A DNA stretch of 63,018 bases, counting the filler, from Octopus bimaculoides (taxonomy: Eukaryota), in the NCBI RefSeq assembly GCF_001194135.2. It is 5 parts of 4 records of this genome, joined end to end, with 100 filler letters (N's around TTAATTAATTAA, not from the genome) between each part and the next. Parts side by side here need not be neighbours in the genome. Positions count along the whole stretch, not along the records: positions 43,296 to 60,073 come from NC_068982.1; positions 60,174 to 61,829 come from NW_026378465.1; positions 61,930 to 63,018 come from NW_026387712.1; 2 more parts are not named here. One strand, 5' to 3'. The position numbers and the translations under genes were made by a program. Below are positions 50,341-63,018 of the stretch, one piece after another. The stretch's first letter is position 1. Each line of letters begins with the position of its first letter. The notes beneath the pieces were generated by a model. That model was not told the DNA's origin. It did no database searches and saw nothing but the letters and a program-made list of their open reading frames with translations.

Positions 50341-50694
50341 TGAATACTTCTTTGAAACTTACAGCTTCTGTATCCAGATTATAAATTTACATTTGTACTA
50401 ATAATAATTGCTGCACATGGTTTTGTTAGTATATGCCTAAGTTTCGATCTGGAAAAGCTAGTGTTTTCAGTGAAAGAAATTCACCAGTTAACACAAAAGT
50501 AAAAATATATAACACAAAAGTAAAAATATACAAGACTTTCTTGAAGTTTAAAATGTGACATTGCTTTTTTATGTACATTCCAAAGACGGATCTCGGTATC
50601 TTTGTTAGAAACCAACTCCTTCTTTACAGAAGACTTCATATGCATATATAACATAGATACATAAAACAGTACATACATACATACATACATACAA

Positions 50695-51058
50695 AGGTGT
50701 CGACCCCCTCCTTAACTTGCTTCCTCCATCTGTGGCGAAGACGGGCATTGCACTCTCAGTTAGTCTCCTGCATATCACAGGCCTTTAATGAGGACATGAC
50801 ATAGTCCTTAACTTGCAGCCTTGGTTTCTGCCGGGTTCTCTTTCTATTCACAAGTTCCTCATATAGTATCTGCTTAGGGATCCAGCTATCCTTCATTCTA
50901 ATAAGGTTCCTGTCCAACATAACGTGTGCTTGTGCACCATCACCTCAATACTCAAGATATCAGCTGTCCTCAGGACCTGTGTGTCTGGAGTTTTTAAGTT
51001 CCAGCCAACATTCAGAATGTGTCTGAGATATCTCTGATGAAAGCGTTCAAGGACACTT
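50695..51058 (-). mobile_element. RTE-clade LINE 3' end
   Basis: LERFHQRYLRHILNV.W...PDTQVLR, IPKQILYEEL, KD..MSSLKAC, RWRKQVKEGV. Confidence 0.75.
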
Positions 51059-52107
51059 ACATGACGTTTGTAAAGGGTCCATGTCTCACATGAATAAAGG
51101 AGCGATGTGATGTGATGTCATGTGCATACATACATACATGCATACATACATACATATATACGTACATACATAGAAACATACATACATGTACACACATAGA
51201 CGAGACATCCTGTTTGGGAAAATATTGACTACATACAGGCACACCTACATGACTGTGCACTACATTTGACCTGTCTTGGTATCTTATTTTTTATACGCTT
51301 TAGTCATTAGATTGCGGTCATGCTGGAGCACTGCCATAAAAATTTTTTTAGTCAAATGAATCGACTCGGGACTTATTTTTTAAAGCCTGGTACTTATTCT
51401 ATCATCCTCTTTTGTCGAATCGCTAAGTTACAGGGACGTAAACAAACGAACAACAGTTGTCAAAGCGGTAGTGGATAAACATAGATCTATGTATATCCTC
51501 AAACACACACACACACACACACATATACGACGGGCTTCTTTTCAGTTTTCGCCTACCAGATCTACTCAAGGCTTTGGTCGGCTCGAGACTTTAGTATTAG
51601 TCACCTTTCCAAGGCGTCACGCAGTGAGACTGAACCCGGGACCATATCGCTAGGGAGCAAACCTCATACCACACAGTCACGACTGCACCTAAAAGTATGT
51701 CCAGTTTGTTACTGATCTGTTTTCTAACTCCAACTGTTCGAGTCTATTCCAATTTTATTGGGACAATTTTGTTGCTACGGATATAATGCATTTGCTAATG
51801 TTTTTCTGTTTATTCTGATCGACAAATGCACGTAGTAGGCCTTCTCGTGAGTTGAAAATAAAAGAGGCAACAACATTAACGATTGTTTCCTTATATTGCT
51901 CCCTGACACGTAATAGTCCTTTACAACCTTCTCTTCCAGGCATGCATAGTTACTGGATGTAAAAAATAATTTTGTATGTAATATGTAGTATTTTTTGAAT
52001 CCCATTCTCGTATTATAATCTGCAGAATTTAATTTAATATTACAGAGCCATATTTGTAATCTAATAATTGGCACTTCAAATGCTTTTAATGGCAATGGAG
52101 ATGAGTT

Positions 52108-52166
<59 letters not shown>

Positions 52167-52296
52167 NNNNNNNNNNNNNNNNNNNNNNNNNNNNNNNNNN
52201 NNNNNNNNNNNNNNNNNNNNNNNNNNNNNNNNNNNNNNNNNNNNNNNNNNNNNNNNNNNNNNNNNNNNNNNNNNNNNNNNNNNNNNNNNNNNNNNN

Positions 52297-52329
<33 letters not shown>

Positions 52330-54109
52330 TGTGTGTTTGTATGTAAGTTTGTATGTATGTATGATCATATATAATATATATATGAAGAAAGAGGAAGGAG
52401 AGTGACAAAATCATTTTCGTTCCAGTAAAGACATCTTTCACTCAGACAGTTTTACTTTCATCTCTACCCAAATAATTGTAGATTGCGAAGTTGTTCAGTT
52501 CCTGTATCATCTTCGTTTGCTAGTGTTTCACTGGTCAGCCTATCTTTTTTTATTGTCAGTTTCTTGCAATTCTTCAAACATGAGGACGTCTTAATATCCT
52601 TTGCTAAACTACTTCCCAATGTTAAGGAATCTCTCAGTATTCAATTTTAAGTCAACCATAAAAAAGAGATGGCAGATGAGCCCGTTCACAGTATTCAATT
52701 TTAAGTCAATGATAAAAAAGAGATGGCAGATGAGCCCGGTTCCCTCTCTTGCTTTGTAGAATCCTAAATTGATTCTTTTTTATTAACCGACTTAAAGGCA
52801 ACAAGCATTAAATGAAATTAAAACTAGAAGCCCCAATATTAACAGGTAGTCAATAATATAAGTATTGGTACTGTAGAAACCCTGTTGTAACTATTGCTAG
52901 TCAATAATGTCATTGTTATCATTGTAGATATCATAGAACGACTGCTAATCATATTTAACATTGCGTAGAAATATTCTAAGTGCATAACGGAAATAAAACG
53001 CAATATATTTTTATTTCGAAATCAGAGAGACATTCTACTGTGAAGTAATTGTTTCATAAACTAGAAAAAAAAAAAGCCAGAACACGCACAAAAAAAGAGA
53101 GAAAGAAAAGATTCAAAAACGAAAAACTTAAAGAAAAATATTCTATAGGAATGTCAGAGGGGAACTTAAATGTTGAAATGATAAATTTCGTCAGAGAGAT
53201 GTTAGCAATGAAAGTGTAAAATTGCGACAGTTTTCGTAGCTGCATGCTTCATGGATTTGACAGTATGAATAAATATTGATTAAAATATCTAAANNNNNNN
53301 NNNNNNNNNNNNNNNNNNNNNNNNNNNNNNNNNNNNNNNNNNNNNNNNNNNNNNNNNNNNNNNNNNNNNNNNNNNNNNNNNNNNNNNNNNNNNNNNNNNN
53401 NNNNNNNNNNNNNNNNNNNNNNNNNNNNNNNNNNNNNNNNNNNNNNNNNNNNNNNNNNNNNNNNNNNNNNNNNNNNNNNNNNNNNNNNNNNNNNNNNNNN
53501 NNNNNNNNNNNNNNNNNNNNNNNNNNNNNNNNNNNNNNNNNNNNNNNNNNNNNNNNNNNNNNNNNNNNNNNNNNNNNNNNNNNNNNNNNNNNNNNNNNNN
53601 NNNNNNNNNNNNNNNNNNNNNNNNNNNNNNNNNNNNNNNNNNNNNNNNNNNNNNNNNNNNNNNNNNNNNNNNNNNNNNNNNNNNNNNNNNNNNNNNNNNN
53701 NNNNNNNNNNNNNNNNNNNNNNNNNNNNNNNNNNNNNNNNNNNNNNNNNNNNNNNNNNNNNNNNNNNNNNNNNNNNNNNNNNNNNNNNNNNNNNNNNNNN
53801 NNNNNNNNNNNNNNNNNNNNNNNNNNNNNNNNNNNNNNNNNNNNNNNNNNNNNNNNNNNNNNNNNNNNNNNNNNNNNNNNNNNNNNNNNNNNNNNNNNNN
53901 NNNNNNNNNNNNNNNNNNNNNNNNNNNNNNNNNNNNNNNNNNNNNNNNNNNNNNNNNNNNNNNNNNNNNNNNNNNNNNNNNNNNNNNNNNNNNNNNNNNN
54001 NNNNNNNNNNNNNNNNNNNNNNNNNNNNNNNNNNNNNNNNNNNNNNNNNNNNNNNNNNNNNNNNNNNNNNNNNNNNNNNNNNNNNNNNNNNNNNNNNNNN
54101 NNNNNNNNN

Positions 54110-54148
<39 letters not shown>

Positions 54149-54289
54149 CAGAGAGCATATACCACCTATGATATGTAGAGTTACTATCAATCAATAGGTT
54201 TACTAAAGATAAAAGAACACTTTGTTCATAATTAAGATGCATAGATCTAAGGCTTGTTGAAGAAATGAAAAGGTACAAAGTCTTCTGAG

Positions 54290-55601
54290 ATGATGACGAT
54301 GAAAATGATAATAATAACTATAAAGATGATGAGTTTGGTAACGATAATGATGGTGATCGTAACGGTATTGATAATGAAGATGATACTTTTATCATCATAA
54401 GTCTCAACACTATAGTATTGCTACAGGCAATAACAATGATGGTGGTGGTGGTGATGATGATGACGACGACGACGAGGAGGAGGAGGAGGAGGAAGAGGAT
54501 AGTGACTGATAACGATGACGATGCTACTGTTGTTGTAGACAATGATAATGATGATGGTGATGAAGAAACTGACGATGTAGAAGACGAGGAGATGAAGGAG
54601 AAGGAGGAGGAAGAGAAAGTAGAGGAAGAAAACGAAAGAAGAAGAGGAAGGAAAAGAAACAAGAGGATGGAGAAGAAACAAGAAAAGAAAGAAAGAAAGA
54701 AAGAAGAAGAAGAAGAAGAAGAAGAAGAAGAAGAAGAAGAAGAAGAAGAAGAAGAAGNNNNNNNNNNNNNNNNNNNNNNNNNNNNNNNNNNNNNNNNNNN
54801 NNNNNNNNNNNNNNNNNNNNNNNNNNNNNNNNNNNNNNNNNNNNNNNNNNNNNNNNNNNNNNNNNNNNNNNNNNNNNNNNNNNNNNNNNNNNNNNNNNNN
54901 NNNNNNNNNNNNNNNNNNNNNNNNNNNNNNNNNNNNNNNNNNNNNNNNNNNNNNNNNNNNNNNNNNNNNNNNNNNNNNNNNNNNNNNNNNNNNNNNNNNN
55001 NNNNNNNNNNNNNNNNNNNNNNNNNNNNNNNNNNNNNNNNNNNNNNNNNNNNNNNNNNNNNNNNNNNNNNNNNNNNNNNNNNNNNNNNNNNNNNNNNNNN
55101 NNNNNNNNNNNNNNNNNNNNNNNNNNNNNNNNNNNNNNNNNNNNNNNNNNNNNNNNNNNNNNNNNNNNNNNNNNNNNNNNNNNNNNNNNNNNNNNNNNNN
55201 NNNNNNNNNNNNNNNNNNNNNNNNNNNNNNNNNNNNNNNNNNNNNNNNNNNNNNNNNNNNNNNNNNNNNNNNNNNNNNNNNNNNNNNNNNNNNNNNNNNN
55301 NNNNNNNNNNNNNNNNNNNNNNNNNNNNNNNNNNNNNNNNNNNNNNNNNNNNNNNNNNNNNNNNNNNNNNNNNNNNNNNNNNNNNNNNNNNNNNNNNNNN
55401 NNNNNNNNNNNNNNNNNNNNNNNNNNNNNNNNNNNNNNNNNNNNNNNNNNNNNNNNNNNNNNNNNNNNNNNNNNNNNNNNNNNNNNNNNNNNNNNNNNNN
55501 NNNNNNNNNNNNNNNNNNNNNNNNNNNNNNNNNNNNNNNNNNNNNNNNNNNNNNNNNNNNNNNNNNNNNNNNNNNNNNNNNNNNNNNNNNNNNNNNNNNN
55601 N

Positions 55602-55684
<83 letters not shown>
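54290..55684. repeat. GAT/GAG/GAA and ATC trinucleotide low-complexity block around a gap
   Basis: (GAA)n before and (ATC)n after the N run. Confidence 0.9.
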
Positions 55685-55685
<1 letters not shown>

Positions 55686-56121
55686 TTTTGTTTTCAGTCA
55701 TTTATTTTAGGTTTTAAAATTTCAAAATCTTCTAAAATTCCTCCATTACATTTAATTTTCTTTCCTTCATTTCTTTTACTTAACGTTTCAGTTAATTTCA
55801 TCAATCAAAACCAGCGTTAATAATGAACAAACATAGTGTTTCTTATAACGTCTGAAGATATTTTTCTCTTTGATTCTGTGTAAGCTGTAGTTGAGAGTTT
55901 TATATTAAAAAAGGAGAGATTCCGATGTCAGCCGAGTGTGTAAGTGTATAAGTATGGCTATTCCATATATATATATGCACACACAAACACACACATATAT
56001 GCTACTTATATGTAATAAACATGTAAGTCTATATGTATTATGTACGTACGTATGTATGTATTTATGCATGTATGTGCATATATTTGAAGGTGTGTATATA
56101 TATGTATTTATATAGATATTT

Positions 56122-56161
<40 letters not shown>

Positions 56162-56664
56162 GCATATGAATATATATGTTTATATGTATATACATGTATA
56201 CATATATATAGATATATACACATAAATGTATATGTCTCTATATGTATAAATATATTAATATATACATTTATATGTATAAGTCTGTGTGTATGAGTGTGTA
56301 TGGCTATGTGTGTAGGCTTGAATATATTGAATCTATTCCCCTGTCTCAAGTAAAGACAAAAAGAAAAAAACTCAAATGTACACGCTGGTATACGCACACA
56401 CATACATATACACATCCACGTAAGCATACGCACAAACACATATAATATACATATAAATATGTGAACATGCAAATATACATTCATATACGATGGAGAAAAA
56501 AAAAGACTGTTTTTAATATCAAATTAAATAACCTAACTTCTTAAATATGTGGCCGAGACATCTGACAAAAAAATAACTTCGATCTAATAAAATTGAAAAA
56601 AAGAACGTAACGAAAAAACTGAAAGTTAAAAAAATTCTCATAGTTCTAATATCCGTTCACCAGC

Positions 56665-56689
56665 AGCAGCACCACCACCACCACCACCG

Positions 56690-56765
<76 letters not shown>
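56665..56765. repeat. (CAC)n-(CTA)n compound microsatellite
   Basis: Read directly from the sequence. Confidence 0.95.
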
Positions 56766-56965
56766 AATTTGTTTGCGACAGGTGCCCATGCAATAATTAC
56801 ATGTTACAAGGCGTGTGAGGAAATATACAGTTTATATAGAAAACGACGAAGGAACAGATGAGAACATTATACAATATATTAAGAGATATTAAAATACTTA
56901 GATAAAATATTAACAAATACATATAAAATACATACTAAATATTTATGTGTGTACATATAAGCAAA

Positions 56966-57004
<39 letters not shown>

Positions 57005-57101
57005 TGTTTGTTTTATGTTCAGTCATAATAAAAATAACTTTACATTAATCTAATGGGCTATTCTATACGTTTGTAAAGTACAAATTTATTACTCTTAAAT
57101 A

Positions 57102-57210
57102 AGAATGTTGTTGATAGTCACTTCGAAGTTTCGGCCAGCTAACCCATCGTAGGAATGTCTAACGATGGCTTAGCTGTCCGAAACTTCGAAGTCACTATCA
57201 ACAACATTCT
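57102..57210. repeat. Foldback hairpin, copy 2
   Basis: 49-bp arms, 3 mismatches, 11-nt loop. Confidence 0.9.
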
Positions 57211-60026
57211 GGTTGAAGGGTAATGAAAACATACACACACATGTATGTATGTATACGTACATAGATATATGTGTATACATACATAAATATATACATACAT
57301 GCATATATACATGCTGATATATATATGTATGTATACATACATAGATATATGTGTATACATACATAAATATATACATACATGCATATATACATGCTGATAT
57401 GTATGCATAAACATATAAGTATGTATATATATATACATATATTCACACCAGAAATGTCGACATCAACAGCGATATAGGCCATCGCTGTATTAACATAAAA
57501 CAAAACGTTGGCAAAGGCATCTCAGTATTTCAAACAGCCTTTGCATGTCGTATCATATCCCTTCAAGAACTACAAATCACCAGGTACCGAAATGCATCTG
57601 TGGATTAGGTTTCCATACATGATATAGGTAACATCATGGGAGTTAAAATGACACTCGTTGGAAAGTATTCCCTAACTGATGATCAGAGACACACATCCAG
57701 AGAAGTTGAATAACTCTACAACAATAGAACATTTGAAGAATAACTGTATGGAAACTTGTTGAAGATCAGATCCTGGTACAGAGGACGAGATTATTTCATT
57801 CGAAAGTTGCAACCAGTGGGGCTCAAGAAATAGTGACTTCTGAGTCCTGCTGCGGCTGCTTTGCTCCTGCTCACCACCATATTTTCTCCTCTATTTTCCC
57901 TCTATCATTGGACTGAAAACGTGCAAATATTTCTCACTGCAACCCATGTAACAAACAGCTGGGCTTTCCACCCTGTAGTACCAAGCCAATTTATTTCATC
58001 TCTGTACCCAGAATAGGTTACAACTCTGGGAGAGTCTTGTGGTCTTCGAGATTCATCATATATTGTTGCATCTGTCTCTTTACAAACGCGCCTATCTGTA
58101 CAACTGAAATGAGTTTCCGACATTTTTTTTTTAAGTTTAAAAGCTCTTCTTTTTAAAAACTTTCGAAAATTTTTCGAATCTTTTTTTTTTTTGTCGGGTC
58201 TGCCGCTGCCACGTTTCTGGCACCTCTTTCAAGATTAGCCACTTTCAATTAATTAGTAAACAATGATTGCAGAAATATAAAATATAAAAAAGAGTCAAAG
58301 ACAAATTTTATTTTTCCACCCCCAGATAATGGGGCGTGTATACAAACAAATGTTCCAAAGTTTCCCTTGCTAACAAAATGATAAAAACAACCATGGCAAG
58401 GTCAACTTTCTCTGGAGTTGTGTTAGAGAAGTCTGCTCACCACAAACAGCAAGAACAACAACTGCTGCAGCGAAGCAGCAGCAGCCAACAACATTCTATT
58501 GGCTGCGTCTGTAAAAATTCAATTTTTGCTGACTCTTTCATCAGTAATTATTGAGGAATTTTTCTACAACTAACCGGCTAAAATAGTTTATTTCCCACAG
58601 AAGAGACTGTCCAAACCTAGAAAGATGGTTATATAATCCTGTCTTCTAAAGGCACAAGGCCTCAAATTTTTTGGGAAGGGATAAGTCAATTATATTGACC
58701 CCAGTGTTCAACTGGTGCTTATTTTATCCACCCCTAAAAGATAAAAGTCAAAGTCGATCTCGGTGTCATGTGAACTTAGAACGTGAAGACAGACGAAATG
58801 TCGCTTACCATTTCGCTCGGTGTGCTAACGATTCTATCAGCTCGTTGCATTTAAAGATAGTCATATAATGAAATCTAAAATATTCTTTTATTCATCGTCA
58901 CTGAAACATTGCTAACAATAGCCAAGTTCCATACCTTTTACAAATATGATACTGAAGACATGAAAATATCACACGTTTTATATGTGAATGATTTACAAAT
59001 CGTGTTTTGTGTATAAAACGATTGAACATGTGAAAGTGTGACGTATTTCCTAACGATTTTCCGGAAACCAATCGTATCTCTATGAATATTCATTTTCGGT
59101 GTGTTTTCAAAAATATCTTTCCCTATATATTGTTCCCGTATCTTCTAATTTAATCGTTTGAATAGTCAGTAACCTAGAACTCGGAGTTATTATAATTGTA
59201 TACATACTATATCTGTAAGTTCAATAAATGCCTGCATACAGACACACACACATATTAGTGTGTGGTTGTGTATATATGCATATGTGTGTGCGTGTGCGTG
59301 CGTGCTTTTACACACGTTCAAAAATTCTACATTTATTGAAATTTCCCTCTGAATTTGAGACTGGAATCAAAATCCTAGAACTAATCGTTAGCAATAAGCA
59401 AATAGATAGGAAGATAATGTAAGAAAAAACAAAAATGGAAAATGGAATTAATTCTTCAGTTGATTTACATTCGCAGAGAAAGAACCATTTGATCAGATAG
59501 TGGGATGGTCGGCATACTCATATTTACATAATTTTATAAAGTTCATAATTTTGAACGTATGTTTCATAAATTTAACGAAGAAATGTTTTAAACTTTCCTA
59601 CATTTTCTCCACGTCTTTTGAGGTGTATGCGTTGCAACAACGTTTGTGATCGACACCTTCTCCCACTCCCCTTGAACTGGCCATTTTGAATAATTATTTA
59701 TTTTGGAAAGGATTTATAAAGCTACATACAGACTATGAGGCATATTGTGACCATGTATTATTGCAAAACTTAAATAAATCTAATTGTAACATTGTATAGT
59801 ATCTATTTACAGTACACTAGCAAATATGTATAAATACGACATTTTTTATAGTCGATGATTACAATGGTGATGTTATATGAAACACATGAACCGACAGAAC
59901 CATAGACAAATTGTGCGAGAACACACACGCATGCGTTCAACTGCGCACACACACGTGCACATGGTCAATGAATACACACACATACTAGAAGACACTTCGC
60001 AAATGTACCGAATAGTGGGAATCCGG

Positions 60027-60073
<47 letters not shown>

Positions 60074-61929
60074 NNNNNNNNNNNNNNNNNNNNNNNNNNN
60101 NNNNNNNNNNNNNNNNNTTAATTAATTAANNNNNNNNNNNNNNNNNNNNNNNNNNNNNNNNNNNNNNNNNNNNTATATAGAGTATGGAGATTTGTTCATC
60201 CTCAAAATATATTTTATAATTTATACACCATATTACACACGCACACAGGCAGCTATACATGTTGTATATACACTGTAAAACGTCTTTTTTTTGTGATTTA
60301 AGGAAAGGTTTGGTTGCTGGTTTTGTCAAATTGAAAGACAATGCAGAGACATTTTGTTTATTTATACAGGTGTTTGTGTGTGAGATACGGATGTTAATGT
60401 ATACGTGTGTTTAGTGCTGTGAGGTGTGCTGACTGCTCTGTATAAGCGTGTTAGATCATCACCCAGCTGTTTCCCCTCCCCTCGTTCCCTCCCTTTTGTC
60501 TCTCTCTCTCTCTCTCTCTTTCTCCCTCTTTGTCTCGCTCTCCGTCCCTTCCCCCACACACACATAAAGAAGTAAATAATGTCAGTGCCGTGCCAGGGAA
60601 ACATTTTGTTTTTCTTTTATCTAGTACTAGGTGGTGGTGATCGTGGTGGGAGATATGTTATCATTTGCATTGTAAACACGCTCATTATATATATATATAT
60701 ATGTAGGTGCAGGTGTGGCTGTGTGGTAAGAAGCTTGCTTCTCAACCACCTGGTTCTGGGTTCAGTCCCACTGCGTGGCATCTTGGGTAAGTGTCTTCTG
60801 CTATAACCTTGGGCCGACCAAGGCCTTGTGAGTGGATTTCGTAGATGGAAACTGAAAGAAGCCCATCATATATATATATATATATAATTATGTGGAGAAT
60901 GGAGAAACAAACACAAGAAGAAGCAAGTCAACTGGGCTAGTTAGCCATTGTTTTAATTATGTGGAGATTATATAATGAGTCATTTACGAACGTTTCGATG
61001 TGCCAAATGGTTTTGCAGATCTCTTCAGAATGTTGAGGAGTATGTTTAGAGTTCATGATGTGAGAGGTGCAGGAGAAACAGTTAATGGATATAGTAATGC
61101 ATATGGTGGTATAAGAATAGAGTTAGGTATATATATATATTGTATGTATTTGTGTCTGTGTTTGTCCCTCCATCGTTGCTTGACAACCGATGCTGGTGTG
61201 TTTATGTCTCTGTAACTTAGCAGTTCGGCAAAAGAGACTGATAGAGTAAGTGCTAGGTTTACAAAGAATAAGTCCTTGGGTTGATTTGTTTGACTAAAGG
61301 TGGTGCTGCAGCATGGCCACAGTCAAATGACTGAAACAAGTAAAAGAATAAAAGAATATATATATATATGTATATACATTATGTATGTATATATTAAGTG
61401 GTGGTATGAGGTGCTACCCTCCTTCTGTGTGTGTGTGTGTGTGTGCATATATGTGAGCATGCGTGTATACATTTGTGAGTGTGTATATGCGAGTTTATAT
61501 TAGTGTGTTTGTGTGTGTGTGTATATATGTCAGTGTGTGTATGTGTATATGTTTGTGTATATGTATGTGTGCAGGTGTGTGTATGCATGTATATGTATGT
61601 GAGTGTGTGTGTCTGTGTAGATATGTGTGTGTATATATGTGTTTGTGTGTGTGTTTGTATATGCATGTATATATATATATATATATATCTGATGAAGGGG
61701 ATGATTGTGTGGCCTGCTTGTTTGTTGCACCTTGTTTACCATTTTGTCCTTGTTCTTTTGCCACGTCATGTACCCAGTTATGTATCTATATGTACATGTA
61801 GATGAACGTATATACGTATATATGCATATNNNNNNNNNNNNNNNNNNNNNNNNNNNNNNNNNNNNNNNNNNNNTTAATTAATTAANNNNNNNNNNNNNNN
61901 NNNNNNNNNNNNNNNNNNNNNNNNNNNNN

Positions 61930-62327
61930 TCTGAAACCATCATTTATGAAGCCACCGTAGATTCCGTATCCACTAAGAAGGCAGTGTCCACGAAGAAATA
62001 CGTGGGCCTCACAGGGGTAACTTCAAGGCCAGATACAACAATCACACCTTGAGTTTTAGGCACTGGAAAAAAAGAAAAACGACAAAATTATCCAGTCATA
62101 TATGGTCTTTAAGAGATAAGTGTGACGGTTACAACATCCATTGGAAGATCCTAGCTAAGTACAAACCCTACACCAGCGGCAGCGGAAGGTGTGGTCTGTG
62201 TGATATGGAAAGATGGCTCATCTGGAAAGGCAGCTTGGACCCTACCACATGTCTAAATTCAAAGACTGAACTCTTCGGATCATGTCCACATGTGACCAAA
62301 TATTTGCTACATTTTTGGTCCCCCTGA
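61930..62327 (+). mobile_element. Penelope-like element GIY-YIG endonuclease remnant
   Basis: IIYEA...KYVGLT, one frameshift, then NFKARYNNHTLSFRH, LSSHIWSL, YNIHWKIL, CGLC, LNSKTELFGSCPH; begins at a segment edge so the RT is absent. Confidence 0.85.
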
Positions 62328-62822
62328 GGTTACAGATTGGACTTGCTTCCTATTACATATCTATTTTTATTATTTTTGTGCCTCTATAATTATTTCGTAT
62401 ACTGTATTTATATTTTTTTATATTTTGTGCTGATGGGCAGCACTGACACGCTCCCATTTTAAGTTCTTTCACCTTTTTACCTGAATATTAATTTTTTAAA
62501 TATTTTGATATTATAATATAATTTTAATTATTTTTAGGTTCCTACATAGGTATAGGGTTAATGTATTTTCCCACATATAGTATTTCTGTTTTTTCCTCCC
62601 CTCCAAACCTCTTTTCCGTGCGCTTACAGATACGCACAAGGAACAGCATAAGTGTGAGATTACGTGCGCACATAGATATAAACGTGCGCACTTTGAGGTA
62701 TGTGCGTGTATGATATACGCAAATTTAGACAGGTTTTGACACCACACAGTAATTTCCCTTTGTTTATGGTTGCTTATTTCCCTTTGTTTTCGTCCTTATA
62801 ACGGTTTTTCAAATAGAATCTC

Positions 62823-62903
62823 CGGTAGTTGGATAACTGAAGAGATGGCTGGAGCAGAACGCCGCCCAGGCTTCGGAAACTCAGAGTTTTTTCATGGCTA
62901 CTG
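62823..62903 (+). ncRNA. Hammerhead-ribozyme-like motif in the Penelope 3' region
   Basis: CTGAAGA (62837-43), stem II GATGGCTGG/CCAGGCTTC, GAAA (62876-79), stem III ACTC-A-GAGT, GUU triplet, partial stem I; one extra G before GAAA. Confidence 0.45.
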
Positions 62904-63018
62904 AATAAGTGTCACATATTTTTACAGATATATATATGTGTGTTTATATGTATATATATATGTGTTTTTATATATATATATGTTTATATGTATATATATA
63001 TATATGTTTATATGTATA

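Noticed and set aside
54418-55710. 430-aa acidic ORF and overlapping poly-M/poly-S ORFs
   Set aside because: Trinucleotide microsatellites bridged by Ns; no splice signals or domain.
62426-62447. GTGCTGATGGGCAGCAC as a further hammerhead
   Set aside because: Core reads CTGATGG and no downstream GAAA is in register; only a short hairpin.

Overview
AT-rich, microsatellite- and SINE-dense animal DNA; the repeat families suggest an octopod cephalopod (inference). Four identical 100-bp spacers (44 N + TTAATTAATTAA + 44 N) split the window into five segments (1-16510, 16611-43195, 43296-60073, 60174-61829, 61930-63018), so adjacency across them is not established. The only confidently identified gene is RTF1 (Paf1 complex, Plus3 domain): 16 phase-consistent GT-AG exons on + from 16707 to the stop at 31177, about 678 aa. 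Its first coding exon is missing, probably cut off at the 16.5-kb join. Segment 1 holds several short, splice-bounded, phase-compatible minus-strand exons of an unidentified gene. The rest is decayed mobile DNA: a Hsmar1-like mariner, CR1/L2-group, Tx1/L1, RTE and R4-like LINE remnants, a Penelope GIY-YIG end, hAT and Tigger MITEs, a 91-bp mini-Helitron, a Helentron-like element and at least four SINE-like families. The best leads are a hammerhead-ribozyme-like motif behind the Penelope endonuclease, a dispersed hairpin family with compensatory arm changes, long intronic hairpins, candidate alternative RTF1 exons, and a CpG-decay boundary at the RTF1 3' end. No clearly novel multi-gene system is evident. 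Repeat coordinates are approximate and all alignments were done by eye.
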